Both the position numbers and the translations under genes were made by a program. The notes beneath the pieces are model-generated. The model was given only the letters and a program-made list of their open reading frames with translations, searched no databases and was not told the DNA's origin. From the human T2T-CHM13v2.0 reference genome, Homo sapiens, in NCBI GenBank assembly GCA_009914755.4, contig CP068257.2:35456001-35520000 (forward strand): a stretch of 64,000 nucleotides of DNA, written 5' to 3'. This document shows, in pieces, positions 21,562 through 41,422 of the stretch; position 1 is the first letter of the stretch, and each line of letters begins with the position of its first letter.

Positions 21562-21656
21562 GAAGGAGAACTAATGAAAATGAAAGGAAATGAAGAGTTT
21601 TCCAAAGAAAGATTTGATATAGCTATTATCTATTACACCAGAGCCATTGAATATAG
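21562..21656 (+). CDS. TTC3: TTC3 coding exon EGELMKMKGNEEFSKERFDIAIIYYTRAIEY(R), start of the TPR region
   Basis: Acceptor ggtttctcag|GAAGGAG and donor ATATAG|gtaaga. TPR-like sequence. Confidence 0.85.
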
Positions 21657-22792
21657 GTAAGAGCAAATAGAACAAAAGAGATGCTTTTTCTATGGCACAT
21701 CAAGTTAGAATGGTAGTCAGAAGAAATAAAAACAAGACGGAGAATTGGAGAGTATCTTCCAACTTGTGGAGAATAGATTTTCTCATCCTTGGGTGTTGGA
21801 AGCATTGGAGATGGCCTGGGTATATGAAGCTAACGTAGTAGCATAACTCAAGCAAGTCAGGCAAAATGGTGAATTTTCTGTTCCATTTTCTTTAAAACTT
21901 TCCAGTACAGAGTTACCTCTTTTGTCTTGTTCTCATTTTGCTATCAACCAAGTCCTCCCAAGTTATTAACTGGTCAAAAAGGATTAAAGGATTAGTTCTT
22001 AATAGTTAAGATGCCACCCATTCAGGGTTTTTTGCTTTCTAAGAGGGAACTTTTACAGGATAATTGAGAGAATGCATACATGCTCTCTACCTTGTCTTCT
22101 CTTTGCTCAGCTGCTAGAATTTTGTAGCTTTCCTCCAGATGTGCCTCATAACTGTGCGCCTATTGTCTCAGTCAGGCCGCCTAATATTGTAGCAGCCTTT
22201 GAAGGGTGCTCTGTAGCCACTGCTCTTTTTCCTCCCTTGTGCATCTCCACAGGGAATGAGGGAATCCGGTTAGTGTACCACCTCTGAGAGGCTGCTGCCC
22301 TATTCTTTTGAGGAAGAAGTGGAGGAAAGGGAGATACGTTTCACCACACAGTCAGATAAAACTAAAAAACAAAAGTTCAAATGAAGCTATTTTAATTTGC
22401 AATTACTGTAGGCTTCCTTTCTCAGTTCTTTGTCAAAACGACATAGTCCTGACTTATTATATAAGTAATCCTATCCTCTAGAGTTACTCTGTAGTTTGCT
22501 AGCTCTTTAATATGTCTCGTTTGATCCCCCAACAGCCCTATGAGTTAGAGCAACTAGAGTTATCTTCATTTTGAATATAGGGAAGTTTAGGTTGGTTCAA
22601 ACAAAGTTACTTATGTAAGAAGTGAAGGAACGGGGACTTCGCCAGTTAAGACTCCAGGTCCTATATTCTTTTTGCTTTGCCACACATATGTAAAGTTTAA
22701 AAAAAGTTTTCTCATGCCTTATGTTTTCTACGTGATTTTTATTTGTTTCATGTGTAATGTGCTTTACTGACTAAACATTGTATCTTTTTAAG

Positions 22793-22855
22793 ACCTGAAA
22801 ACTACCTTCTTTATGGTAACCGAGCTCTTTGTTTTCTTCGTACTGGACAGTTTAG
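22793..22855 (+). CDS. TTC3: TTC3 coding exon (R)PENYLLYGNRALCFLRTGQF(R)
   Basis: Acceptor tctttttaag|ACCTGAAAAC and donor CAGTTTAG|gtaagt. Confidence 0.85.
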
Positions 22856-23069
22856 GTAAGTTGGTTAAAGTATCTCAACCACTGAATTATTATGCTAAAT
22901 ACCCATTTTTGGGAAACGTTTCTGTTTTGCAGGTATACAAGAAAATCCTTGACTGGTTCTTTGGCAGAAATACTTAAGTGCTTAAAAGAGTATGCTTAGG
23001 CTTTATATATAATAACAACAGTGACAGCAGCAGCTATTCTGATTGAGTGCAGACATATGTTAAGCATTA

Positions 23070-23225
23070 TTTTAAGTGCTTTGCATATGTTATTTGGTTC
23101 TCACAGCACCCGTAATAGGTAGGTAATGTTATAGTCCACATTTTACATGACCAAAGTGTACCACTAGTAAATAGTGATACCAAGATTTGAACACAGATTT
23201 TATCTGATGATGTCAAAGTCTGTGT
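23070..23225 (-). mobile_element. MIR SINE relic
   Basis: ccacattttacatgaccaaagtgtaccactagtaaatagtgataccaagatttgaacacagatt, MIR core in reverse orientation. Confidence 0.55.
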
Positions 23226-25499
23226 TTGTGGCACCTATATTACCTCTTTATGCTCTGTTAATTAATCCATATAGTATAAAAGAAGCATTTTCATCTTTTC
23301 TCTGTTTATCCTGGTATAAAAAATTAAGTAAATATCCTTCATAAGTGAAAGAAAGCAAATAAATTTAATATTATGAGAGTGGAGTCATAATTAATTCCAG
23401 TTCCTTATATTGAATTTGAGCTGAGTTTTTATTTGTTAGCTAAGAAAGATTGAGAAAGATACTGCACCATGATTTTATTGTTCCCCAGTATAAAATTTTT
23501 AGAACATAAATTATATATATTGAGCATTAATATTGAGCAGGTAGACTATTATATTTAATTTTGTCCTGCCTTACTGTAAGAAAGGTGTAGGGTGAATTCA
23601 AGAATACATCCACACAGTAGAAGAATATTCAAAAGAAAACAAACCAGAAAACGAAGTTGGAATCTGGGATTCTCAGAACCAAGCTACATAGGCATAAGGT
23701 CCTGCATGGGTATTAGTTATAATTCATATTTGCCTCTGACCTTCAGCTGCCCAAAATGAAATGGGAAAACTTGACAAGTTACTTAATTCTCATTGTCCAT
23801 AAAGAAACAGGACACCAATTGGTCAGGTGAAACAGTTTTCCTAGTATTTAGTTTTGAAAGAAGTTGGGCTGTAATATTAATTGAGTGATGGAGTAGAGAA
23901 TAATCTCAGCAGTATCTTATGCATAGCAAAAAACTCCCTGAAAGCACAGTTTTGGGTTTCACAAATACTTTTTTTGTGAAGTTTTCTCATGAAAGCTGAG
24001 AGTCTGCTATCAGTTGTTTTTCAGTGAAAGCGCTTGTATGGGAGGGTGGGAGTGGGGAAGGTAGTAAACTCTAAGCATGTAGCTTTAAAAATAACATTTA
24101 TTGTGTTTTTCTTTTATTGTAAACAGAACACATTCTCATGGTAGAAAATTTGGAAAATACAAGAGTTTAAAAAGAAGAAAATAAAAATCACCAGTAATCC
24201 AACCACCTTGGAGAATACCGCTGTATTAACGTTATGCAGCTTTTAGATGGCTTAAGCCGTGGATAAACCGAGGCTATCTAGACTAGAGGAATGGATGGGC
24301 TTGACACAGTCTTCCATCAATACCACTGTCCTCAACGGGTTCTGACAAGAAATGAGCTGCACATGTCTTTAGGTTATTGCTACTGGCTAGGTCCAGAATT
24401 GCATTTATTTTGTGCCGTTTGAAGGTGAATTTGTATGCTTTCAAGATCAGATGAATAGGTTGGCAACTTGGCTAGCCTCTTGTGAAAATTGAGGTGCCTG
24501 TCTGAAATATTGCCTGGCAGAAGGTTTTCCACTTTCCACTTCTGAGAGCTGAGAGGCACACCAGGGTGTTTCTGCTCTCTTTCATGAGTGTTGAATGCTA
24601 GACACACAAGGAAGATCCTTCTAATACCTTGCTGCAACAGGAGGTGAATCAGAGTAGAAGTACAGAAGCTAGGTAGTTTGGTGAGGTAAAGGCCAAGAGC
24701 AGCTTGTGGATCTATCCTTGTACCTCCTTGCTGATGGTCTAGCTTGTGGTTTAATACCATCTACATTTCACTAAAGCCAGGTCAGCAGCATTGTTCCTTT
24801 GTTTCTTATTAGGCAATCACCAATATATATTGGATGCCTATTTTATTCACGAAGTGTTTTACCACACTGGTTTTGCTGGTGTTTCCTACCTCCTCACACA
24901 TTGTCTATATGATTTGCTCAGTAATGTAGGGATAATGTTTTCAGAGTCCATAGTATATATAACTCCTGATCAGGTGACTAGATGGTGTGACTTAAGGAAA
25001 GAACACGTTGCCAGTAATTCAGATGTGCCATTGACACAGGAGGACCCATGCCTGAGAAAGACTTTTATCTGAGTTACTGAGATTAAGATGTTTTGAAGCT
25101 CCCAAGCAGAGGGATGCTGGATCTGCTGTGGAAATCTGGCTGAGCAGCTGCAGGGACAGCTGGGGGTAAAGCATCCACCCTCCCCCAGTTTGGCGAGGAT
25201 GCACTCCTCAGCTGTTCTGGAAGGCCAGACTTCTTATCTGCTGTCATTGAAGCAAGAATTGAGATGTCCAAAGAGAACAGAAATGGGACAATTTAATACT
25301 AGAAAGGAATAAAAGGGTTAAAGTCTTGAATGCTAAAACTTCTGAAATAATTAATTTATCCTGAAAGATTAGAAAATATAAGTTGAAACTTTAAATGAAA
25401 AAGAGATTCAATTTAAAAAAGAACTTTGGCAAGATTGATATCTAAAAGGGTAAAAATAATAATACTGTATCTTACAACATGGTTATCACTGTTCTGAGC

Positions 25500-25690
25500 A
25501 TTTAATGTGTATTAACTCGTAAAACCATCACAACTACGTGAGGTAGGTGCTACTGCCTTTTTACAGATGATGAAACAGGTATAGGGAGGCCAAGCAAAGT
25601 GTCTGAGGACACTAGGTGGATGTGATGGAGCCAGAATTTGAACCCAGGCAGCCTGGATGTAGAGTCTCTACTATTAATCACTATGGGAAG
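25500..25690 (-). mobile_element. MIR SINE relic
   Basis: ctttttacagatgatgaaacaggtatagggaggccaagcaaagtgtctgaggacac...gagccagaatttgaacccaggcagcctgg...tctctactattaatcactatg. Confidence 0.7.
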
Positions 25691-25799
25691 GTGGTGATAG
25701 AATAAAAGGGAATGTGAAAGTCGAAAAAATTAAAAAATAAATGGTCTAAATAGTCAATAAACGTTTATGAGGAAATGATTATCCTTCCAGGACATGTAG

Positions 25800-26560
25800 A
25801 TTAAAAACTACGAGTTTCTCATTTATACCCATCAGATGGACAAAAGCTTAAAAATCTCATAATACCAAGTGTTTTAGAGGATGTGGAACAAAGGAGACTC
25901 TCATATTCAGCTGGAGAAAGTGTAAATTGGTACAATCACTTTGGAGAGCAATTTGACAAGGTGAAGATGTGCATACTCTGCAACCCACTTCTAGGCTCAT
26001 ATCCTCTGAACTCTCAAATGTGTACCCAAGAAGATATGTACATGCCTTCATGATAGCATTGTTTGTAAGAGTAAAGAAATGAAAACGACCTAAATGGCCA
26101 TCAATAGGGGAATGGATAAATATGGTATATTCATACAATGGAATTCTATATGGCAGTTAAAATGAACGCAATGTTGAGTGAAAAAGCAAGTCACAGAATG
26201 ATTTGTACACTGTGATGCCATTTATTAATGTTTAAAAACATGCAAAACAATATGCATATATACAGACTGTGTATTAACAATGTTTAAAAATGCATGGGCA
26301 TGTTAAACACCCGGGGAGTGGCTGGGGAGAGAAGGAGGGAAAAGGGATTGGAGTTGGGAGGGGTGGTACACGGTGGGTGTCAACTGTAACAAACTACTAC
26401 AAAAAGAGCTGAAGTATATGGCAACATGTTAATTTCTTGCTAAGGTGGTATGCCATTGGTACATGGGTGTTCATTTTGTTAATGTTCTCTGTACTTTTAT
26501 GTATACTTGAAATATTTGATAAAAAGTAAAACAAAATGTAATTAAAATGCACATGATAAA
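25800..26560 (+). mobile_element. Old L1 3'-end fragment (ORF2 C-terminus plus 3'UTR)
   Basis: Forward translation gives L1 ORF2 C-terminal-like peptides (CFRGCGTKETL..WRKCKLVQSLW...ALFVRVKK..WPSIGEWINMVYSYNGILYG). Confidence 0.6.
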
Positions 26561-27567
26561 AGGAACAGAAAAAGAACAGAAACAGTGACCACTAAACATC
26601 AAGGATAAAATAGTGAACAATGATCTTGAAAAGAGAAATATAAGTATTGTAAGGCCAGTTGCAGAAGCGTGAAGTGTGCATGGGGAAGCCTGAGGTGAGG
26701 TATATATGGGGAAACAGATGCTTCCTTCAAACATGGTGGCAGTGGCAGTGATGATTTTAATGCCAAAATAGTCATACAGTTTGTAAATCCAACCACTTTT
26801 GGGTGAATATAAGTTAGGCCAAGAGCCTTTCAAAACCCCCCTGGGCCTGCGAATGTTGCGCTTGGAAAACGCAGGAGATGGGGTTGGAATGAGGCAGGGG
26901 TTGGGGAACTGCGCTGCCTCCTGCGCCCCCACTCCTGCCGCAGCCTCTCCCCTTCAAATCTTCACATTGAGGATTGTGTTTATCCCAGGACACCTGGCTT
27001 AGAAGATGAGATGTCCGTTTTATTCTGCTCCTTCTCAAAGTGTACTTTTCAAATATGAGTTGGTAACTATAGGGCATTTGAGAGTGATCGTTGTAATTAT
27101 AGTAATCAGAACTTTTCAGTTTAGTCAAGAATCTGGACAAAGGAATCAGTCATATCTGTACCTTCTGCAGTTCCAACAGCTTATGTAATGTACATGATTA
27201 GGCTTTGCCCACTTAGTGTTCAGTTCATTCTTGTGAGACTCGTGGAAAATTCAGATTCTTCGGTGGGATGTGATGAACTGTGTAAGGGCAAATGTTAATT
27301 GGAGAAAGTGAATGCTTAGCTTGAATCGTTTTTGAATTGCTTTGGAAACTCATGTATTTTTAAACTTGGTGTTTACTTGAACTGTTGGTATTCATTTAAG
27401 TATTTACCCATCACATGATAACTGCCTTCCATCAGATCCCAACTGTGATTGGTAGCAGACAGATAGACTTTAACTAACTCTTCTCTTGTTGCTTTTTTTC
27501 CCCCCTAAATTTCTGGAAGACTAGAGATATAAAGCACTGTATGTTTCTGTGAGAATTTCACAAATTC

Positions 27568-27568
<1 letters not shown>

Positions 27569-27596
<28 letters not shown>
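27569..27596. repeat. (TG)14 microsatellite
   Basis: Perfect TG run seen directly. Confidence 0.95.
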
Positions 27597-27598
<2 letters not shown>

Positions 27599-28763
27599 GG
27601 TTTGGTGAATTATTCCTCACTCTGCCCTCTGGTGTGTGCTCTTTATTTTTACTTAGAAGCCACTGAATTTGCTTTTGAAGAAAACATTTACTTTTTTCAG
27701 TCTTCTTTGGGGTATACCCCCTTTTTAAAAAAACAGTAACAAATGCACATGGTAAGCAACAGAGTAGGAAAAGGTACACTCGCCCAGCTCTGACCCATCC
27801 TCTGATTCATCTCTTCAGATCCTTGTGTATTCCCATAATATTTTATGCCTATACAAGCATTTATGTTGAACCAGATGAAATTGCCATTTTTGTAAGTCAG
27901 AATATAGGCAGTTTTATTTGGTTTAATGTAATGTATATGTCTTTTTCTTTAAATGGGTAGGAACATACTACATACACTGTTGTACATCTTGCTTTTTTTT
28001 TTACATTTAAGTCTTGGAGCTTGTTTTGGATCTGTATATAGAGACCTACCTTGTTCTTCATGGCTGCACAGTGTTTTACTGAATGGATTGCCTATGTAAT
28101 CCATTAGTTTGTATTATATTAGTATATAGTTTATATATATATATATATTAGTTTATATTAGTATATAGATTATTTTATTTACAATGTTAAATTATAGATA
28201 TATTAGTATGTAGATTTCCATTTTAAAGATTATATATACCTATGCAATGATTATCTTTTTATGTTTTACACTCAGGTTCAAATATATCTGTAGGACACAT
28301 TTCTGATAAATTTATTTTACTCATGATATATGAATGAAAGAACATATCATTTTAATTACAGACACTTTTTATTTAAAATGTATGTTTATTCAGTCCGTGG
28401 TTATTACTCACTGCATATTTGTCAGTGACTGACCATTATACCTGAATCTTGCTTTTGTTCCTTAGTTGGAAGATCTGGAAACTTGGGGAATAGTTGTTAT
28501 TTCTTTATTGATCTGGTCATATCCTGAAAATAATTATAATTGAGGAAAAAAGGAATATCCCTTATATGGCTTGCAAAATTCTTGCATACTTTTTATGGTA
28601 TGGTTTAAGAGAGTCAATAAATAGCATCTCCTTTCCCTTCCAAGTCCAGAATCAGTTAAAAGATGGATGGAAAAGACAGGCAAATGGTGATCAAATATTG
28701 CCTTTATTACTGATGCAATTGGAGAACAGGCCTTAAGTCTGATAGTCAAGGGGCTGGTTACTA

Positions 28764-28838
28764 TTAGGTTGGTGCAAAAGTAAATGTGGTTTTTAGAAAT
28801 AATGGCAAAACCCCTAATTACTTTTGCACCAACCTAAT
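28764..28838. mobile_element. MADE1 (Hsmar1-derived palindromic MITE)
   Basis: ttaggttggtgcaaaagtaaatgtggtttttagaaataatggcaaaacccctaattacttttgcaccaacctaa matches the ~80-bp MADE1 palindrome. Confidence 0.85.
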
Positions 28839-28927
28839 AATTCACCCACAGTCAGACAGAACTGGGCTCTTGGGAACTTTAAGCCTGGAAGAAAAGGGAA
28901 TCTGGTGTTTTAGATTCCAAAGAGTAA

Positions 28928-29220
28928 GGCCGGGTGCAGTGGCTCGTGCCTGTAATCCCAGCACTTGGAGAGGCTGAGGCGGATGGATCACTTGAGGTCA
29001 GGAGTTTGAGACCATCCTGGTCAACATGGTGAAACCCTGTCTGTACTAAAAATACAAAAATTAGGTGGGCATGTTGCTGCATGCCTGTAATTCCAGCTAC
29101 TCAGGAGGCTGAGGCAAGAGAATTGCTTGAACACAGAAGGCAAAGGTTTCAGTGAGCTGAGATTGCGCCACTGCACTCCAGCCTGGGCGATAGAGTGAGA
29201 CCATGTCTAAAAAAATAAAA
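28928..29220 (+). mobile_element. Alu SINE, sense
   Basis: ggccgggtgcagtggctcgtgcctgtaatcccagc... Target-site duplication gattccaaagagt. Confidence 0.9.
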
Positions 29221-30520
29221 GGATTCCAAAGAGTGAGAAAAAGAAGAGGTGAAGCCATGTATGATTAGTGTCCCTCCCTCACCATTAGATAAATTATTAT
29301 TCATCATCTGAGGATGTTAGCCAAGGGTGGGGAGAGGAAAGAGTTCAGGAATAATTAGCAAATCCACATGGAAACTAGGGGAGAGGGAATAACTGTTCTT
29401 TACAAGCATCATCTTTTAGGGCAGAATGTAGCATATTTTATATGCAGTAATGGGGAGGGGCTGGAGAAATAAAAACACTTCCCTATGTAAGAGCAATAAG
29501 TTGGAGCACCTGGACTAGAACTCTCTTTCTTACTCTGTTTAATACTCACCATGTCACACAGTCTTCAAGAGTAAATAACCGTTTGCATCTGGAGTCTTGT
29601 CCCATTTTCATACATCTCTTGCACAGGGGATTGCTGCTACCAAAAGTCAAACCTGATTATTTAGACCCTGGGCTGCAGTGGTCTGGATGAGCAATAGCAT
29701 CATGTAATTGACTATGCCCACTTTGCCTTAGTTGTAGGATGTGGTCATATGCCAGTAAATGTGAAATTTTATTAGTATTAATATTAATTGCATTCATATA
29801 CTAATTGTGATATTTATAATATATGCTATTATAACGCTGTTTGTAGTGCTATATATTATAAGTAATGTTCAGCATTGATTCAACAAATATTGGGGTTCTG
29901 TTGATGGATAATGTCAGAAATGAGCAAAAACAGCCTCTGTGTTTCAGACAGTGGGCTGGCATTGTGAGGGCCTTGTAGTGGGAAGGAATTTGTTGCATTT
30001 GTGGAACTGATAGTTGCTAGATGGCCTGAATACAGAGGAGAGGGTAGTATGTTCATAGGCTAAGCCAAGGAGGGCCTTGTAGGCTGTGTTAAGGCTTTTG
30101 GCCTTTAAGAGCAATAAGAAAGTAAAGGATTTTAAACTGAGGAGAGAGAGCATGATTAGCACTTAAAAAAAAAATTTGAGCATAGTGAAAATGGATCTGA
30201 AGGGGATGTAGTGTGGATGTAGGTTAGGAGGCTGTTGCAGTAGCCCAGGCCAGAGATGATGGCTTCCAGCAGAATATTGACAGTGGGAATGGAAAAGTAG
30301 AAGGATTCAAGAGTTTAGAGGTGAAGCTGACAGAAGTTGCTCGTGGTTGGTGTTGGAACTTGAGAGTGAAGGTGGTTGGAACTGTTCTGACGTTTCTGCC
30401 TTAAGCAGCATCATGGATTATGGGCCTACTCACTCACATTGGGATTGCTGGAAGAGGAATAAATTTGTAGGAGGTAGAACTGGACTTCACTCTCGGACAC
30501 TGAATCGAAGTGCCTTTGAA

Positions 30521-30820
30521 GGCCAGGCATGGTGACTCACGCCTGTAATCCCAGCACTTTGGGAGGCCGAGGTGGGAGGATCACCAGAGGTCAGGAGTTC
30601 GAGACCAGCCTGGCCAACATGGTGAAACCCTTTCTCTACTACAACTACAAAAATTAGCTGGGCGTGGTGGTAGGTGCTTCTAATCTCAGTTACTCGGGAG
30701 GCTGAGGCAGGAGAATTGCTTGAACGTGGGAGGCGGAGGTTGCAGTGAGCCAAAGTAGCGCCATTGCGCTCCAGCCTCGGCGACGAGCAAAACTCCGTCT
30801 CAAAAAAAAAAAAAAAAAAA
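30521..30820 (+). mobile_element. Alu SINE, sense, with an A19 tail and a 14-bp target-site duplication
   Basis: Target-site duplication gaagtgcctttgaa at 30507-30520 and 30825-30838. Confidence 0.92.
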
Positions 30821-31949
30821 GAAAGAAGTGCCTTTGAAGCATCCAAATTCCAATGTTGTGTAGGTAGTGAGTTATATGGGTCTGGAACTCAAAGGAGGGT
30901 TTGGATGGGAAACATGTTTGGAATAGCCAGCCTCCATGATTTGAAGTTGTAGATGTGGGTGAGACTGCTTACAGAGAAGTTTTTCTCAACCTGGACTGCA
31001 CTTTGGAATCACTGAACTTTGACAAATACCACCCACCCCAGAGATTCTGATTCAATTAACCTAGAGTAAAGCTTGGGCATTGGGCTTCTAGGAACTCCCC
31101 AGATGGTACTAATGTGCAGTCACGGTTGAGACCCACTGGCCTAGAGAGAACCTAGGCTGAGACTAGGAGAGGAATCAGGATTGAGCCTTGAACACATATG
31201 GCCAATTGGAGAAGGATGAGCCTGCCCAGGAGATTATTAAAATGTGACCAGAGAGGTGGAACAAAGACTAAGTGTGGTGTCATAGAAGTAAGTAAAAGAG
31301 TGGTCAGCAGTGTCTGTTGGCTACTGAGAAGCCAGTTACAGTGGAACTTAGATTTGGCAACATGGACATCATTCACTAACCTTAGGGGGAGCTGTCAGTG
31401 GGAAGCTTGAAACATGCCAATTAGATGGGGTTGAGAAATGCAAGGAAATGGAGACAGCTAGCGTAGGCAGCTTTTAAAGGTATTTGGGGAGAGAGACCCA
31501 GGGTGAGTCTCTTTAAATGGTAAAGAAAACTTACCTTATTCAAGAGTTCCAGAAGAAGGTGGCACTAGGGTTGTATATTCAGTGGCTCAACAATGTCATC
31601 AGAGACTTAGATTTTTCCAGCCTCAGTGTGTGACTTGGTCCTCAGGCTGTCCCCTCAGAATGTAGGATGGCTGCTGTAATTCAGACATCTTTAGCAGAAG
31701 AAGGACAACTTTGTCTTATGTCCTTTAAAAAAAATCTTAATACACATGCTGAAAAGTATACAAGTGTTAAGTGCAGCTGGAATTTTCAGAAGTCAAACAA
31801 CTGTAACCAGCATGCAGATCACAACCCCAGTACCCCAGAAGTTCCTCTTAGTCATGACCCTCCTCCTAGTCATGATCCATCTCCTCCCCCAGGAGAACTA
31901 CCATCCTGGCTTCCAGTGGTTAATTTTGCCTATTTTAGTACAATGTAAT

Positions 31950-33380
31950 GAAATAATATACTATGTGTTCTTTTATGTTTGGTTTTCAGCATCGTTTTTG
32001 AGATCCATATTGTTGCATGTAGTTGTAAAGTGTTCATCTATTGCATGAATATACCACATTTTATCCATTCTATTGTTGATGGGCATTTGGGTAGCTTCTC
32101 CTATTTGGCTTTTACAGGTAGTATTGTTGTGAACATATGTATTTATTTCTGTTGAGTGTATAATTAAGGAGTGGAATTGTTGGGACAGAGGGTATGCTTA
32201 TATGCATTTAGCTTTCCTGTGTGATTGTATCATTTTGTACTCTTACAGCAGCATATGAGAATTTCAGTTCTGTGCCCTCAACACTTACTATTTTTCATCT
32301 TTTATTTTAGACATTCTGGTGGGTGTGTAGTGGTATACCACTGTGATTATAATTTGTATTTTCATAAATTGATTAAGGATGTTTCAGATTTTCATAAGGT
32401 TATTGACCATTTGGATATTCTCTTTTGTGAAGTGCCTGTTGAAGTCTTTTGCTATTTTTTTCTCTTGAGTAGAATGCCCTATTCATTTTTAGGAGTTTTT
32501 CTTTTGTATTCTGAATATGAGTCATTGGTCAGATATATGTATTGCAAATATCTTCTCACATTCAGTGGCTTGCCTTTTCACTGTTGATGTTTTCACAAAC
32601 AAGTTACTAATTTTAATGTAGTACAGTTTATCAGTTTTTTCCTCTGTGATAAGCTCTTTTTGTGTTCTGTTTATCATCTTTACCCATTCAAAGGTCACCA
32701 GATTTTCTATGTTTCATCTAAAGGTTTAATTGTTCAACTTTGATGTACAGATCTGCAGTCCATCTGGACCTGGTGTTTGTATTTAGTGTGAGGTAGTGTT
32801 CAAGATTCATATGGGCCAGGTGCGGTGGCTCATGCCTGTATTCCCAGCACTTTGGGAGGACAAGGCAGGAGAATTGCTTGAGCCCAGGAGTTTGAGACCA
32901 TCCTGGGCAACATAGTGGGACCGTGTCTCTACAAAAAAATTCAAAAATTAGCCAGAAATTAGCTAGGCATGATGGCATGTGCCTATATTCCCAGCTACTC
33001 AGGAGGCTGAGGTGGGAGGAGCGCTTGAGCCTGTGATGTCAAGGCTGTAGTGAGAGGGACTGGCACTGCACTCCAGCCTGGGTGACAGAGTGAGCCCTTG
33101 TTTCAAAAAAAAGAAAAAAGATCCATATGGATGTCCAATTGACCCAGCACCATTTATTAAAAGAGTATATTTTCTCCATGTACCGCAGTATCACCTTTGT
33201 CACGAATCAGGTCATTATGTGTAAGAATCCATTTCTAGTTTCTCTGTTCTATTTTGTTGGTCAGGTTGTCTATCCTTATCTAGTTGGTTTTTTTTTTTTT
33301 TGTACGTAACCTTTTAGTAGGTATTGATATCTGGTAGTATAAGTTATCTAGTTTTGTTCTTCCTTGTAATCTCTTTAAGA
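31950..33380 (-). mobile_element. Old L1 fragment (ORF2 3' part plus 3'UTR), antisense, with the Alu at 32814-33119 nested inside
   Basis: Reverse-complement L1 motifs (ttgttgatgggcatttgggtagcttctcctatttggcttttacaggtagtattgttgtgaacat...). The sequence resumes after the Alu (tccatatggatgtccaattgacccagcaccatttattaaaagagtatattttctcc). Confidence 0.6.
32814..33119 (+). mobile_element. Alu SINE, sense, nested in the L1 fragment
   Basis: ggccaggtgcggtggctcatgcctgtattcccagc... Target-site duplication agattcatatgg / agatccatatgg. Confidence 0.9.
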
Positions 33381-33769
33381 GTGATGAATTAGCATAAATA
33401 TGAATGTGAAATGATGAACCAGCAAATATTAATCTACGTTGAAAAAAGAAGGTGGATAAGTCAGTGAGTTGGGTACCCTGAGGAGATAGGAACAATTGAA
33501 CAAGTTAAATGGGATAAGCAAGGTTATAGTGAGAGGTGGATACCTGAATTAGTGATTGAACAGTTTGAAGTTTGAACAGTTTTGAGTTTGAACACCCTAA
33601 GTTCCAGGGGTGCAGTGATGGGTGGCTGAGTTGGGCTAGAGGTGGAAGTCATTGAAGATAAGGAAGCCAGGAAACTGATAGACTGTGGTATGGATCTGTT
33701 AGTTCTTGATAGGTTATGAAAGTACATTTAATAATGTAGTATCTAATTTAATATCTACCTCAGAACAGG

Positions 33770-33925
33770 TAGAACAGAATTATTTACATTTTACGGATGA
33801 GAAAAATGGGCCCAGAGATGTTAATAACTCCCTAATAGCCCCAAGAAAATTAGTGATTAAATTAGACCTAACCTGGGTCTTATGGTCTAGCTTCCATGCT
33901 CTATTCAGTGTAGCTTAACTGATGT
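33770..33925 (-). mobile_element. MIR SINE relic
   Basis: cattttacggatgagaaaaatgggcccagagatgttaataactcc...cctgggtcttatggtctagcttccatgctct. Confidence 0.55.
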
Positions 33926-34012
33926 TGTGTGAAAGACCTGGTAGTGATACATTTGGAAAGTCTTACTGACATGCAGAAATAGTACAGAAAAACATACAAA
34001 TAGGAATGTTAT

Positions 34013-34482
<470 letters not shown>

Positions 34483-34601
34483 TTAAAATTATCTTTTGAC
34501 TAGATAATATACATGGAAAATTCACAAAGTACACATATGCAAGATATAATACTTTTACTATAAAAGAGTGAAAATTTTTAAATACTTGTTTTTCCTTTTA
34601 G

Positions 34602-34656
34602 AAATGCACTCGGTGATGGAAAGAGAGCCACTATTCTGAAGAACACTTGGCCAAAG
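34602..34656 (+). CDS. TTC3: TTC3 coding exon (R)NALGDGKRATILKNTWPK
   Basis: Acceptor tttccttttag|AAATGCACTCGG and donor CCAAAG|gtaggt. 55 nt, frame consistent. Confidence 0.85.
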
Positions 34657-35282
34657 GTAGGTTTCTTCTGTATTTTATATTGAGCAAATAATGCCATACA
34701 ACATTGTGAAAAATCTGTTTATAGGGTGTGTTTGTTCATAAAAATGCTATATGAAATTACGTAGAGCTCCAGAATGTGAAAGGGGAGTCATCAGATCCAT
34801 GATCAGCGTGGGGACCCAGCCACAGCACTGACAGGCTGTGCGTGAGGACAGGTGGCCTGTGGGCATCTTGAGTCTTCAGGGTGCCTTAGTGATTGAGAGG
34901 TCATCTCTGCGTATTCTGGGTGGGTGTGCCTGAATGTGAAAAATGACTTAAAACTGGGGAGGAAGTATAGGAGGCTGTCTTTATAGGAGGCAGGAAAAGA
35001 TTTCTTAACACACAGTGCACAAATCAGCAGTGAAGACAACCATCTTGATATATTTGGCTATATCGAACTTAAAAACTTGTGTATGTCAAAAGGCACCATA
35101 GATGAAATAGTAGTTTGAGAGGAGATAATTTGCCACATATATAACTGGTAGGATTTATAGCTGGAATATGCACATAATTCCTAAAGTAAATAAGAAACCC
35201 CATAGAAAATGGGCCAGTAAAACAAGTAAGCATTTCACAGAAGAGTAATCCTGAATGGCCAATAGAAATAAGAAACTATTTC

Positions 35283-41422
<6,140 letters not shown>

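Noticed and set aside
24380-25271. Cluster of 60-126-aa ORFs on both strands around 24.4-25.3 kb
   Set aside because: They overlap on opposite strands. None has a domain-like sequence or a conserved-looking splice site. The region looks like an unclassified ancient repeat or unique intron.
26471-26932. 153-aa minus-strand ORF, the longest non-repeat ORF in the window, with an adjacent GC-rich patch at 26860-26940
   Set aside because: It is low complexity with no recognisable domain. It lies in degraded repeat-like sequence next to an L1 3' fragment, and it has no start context or splice signals that would link it to TTC3. It is most likely a chance ORF.
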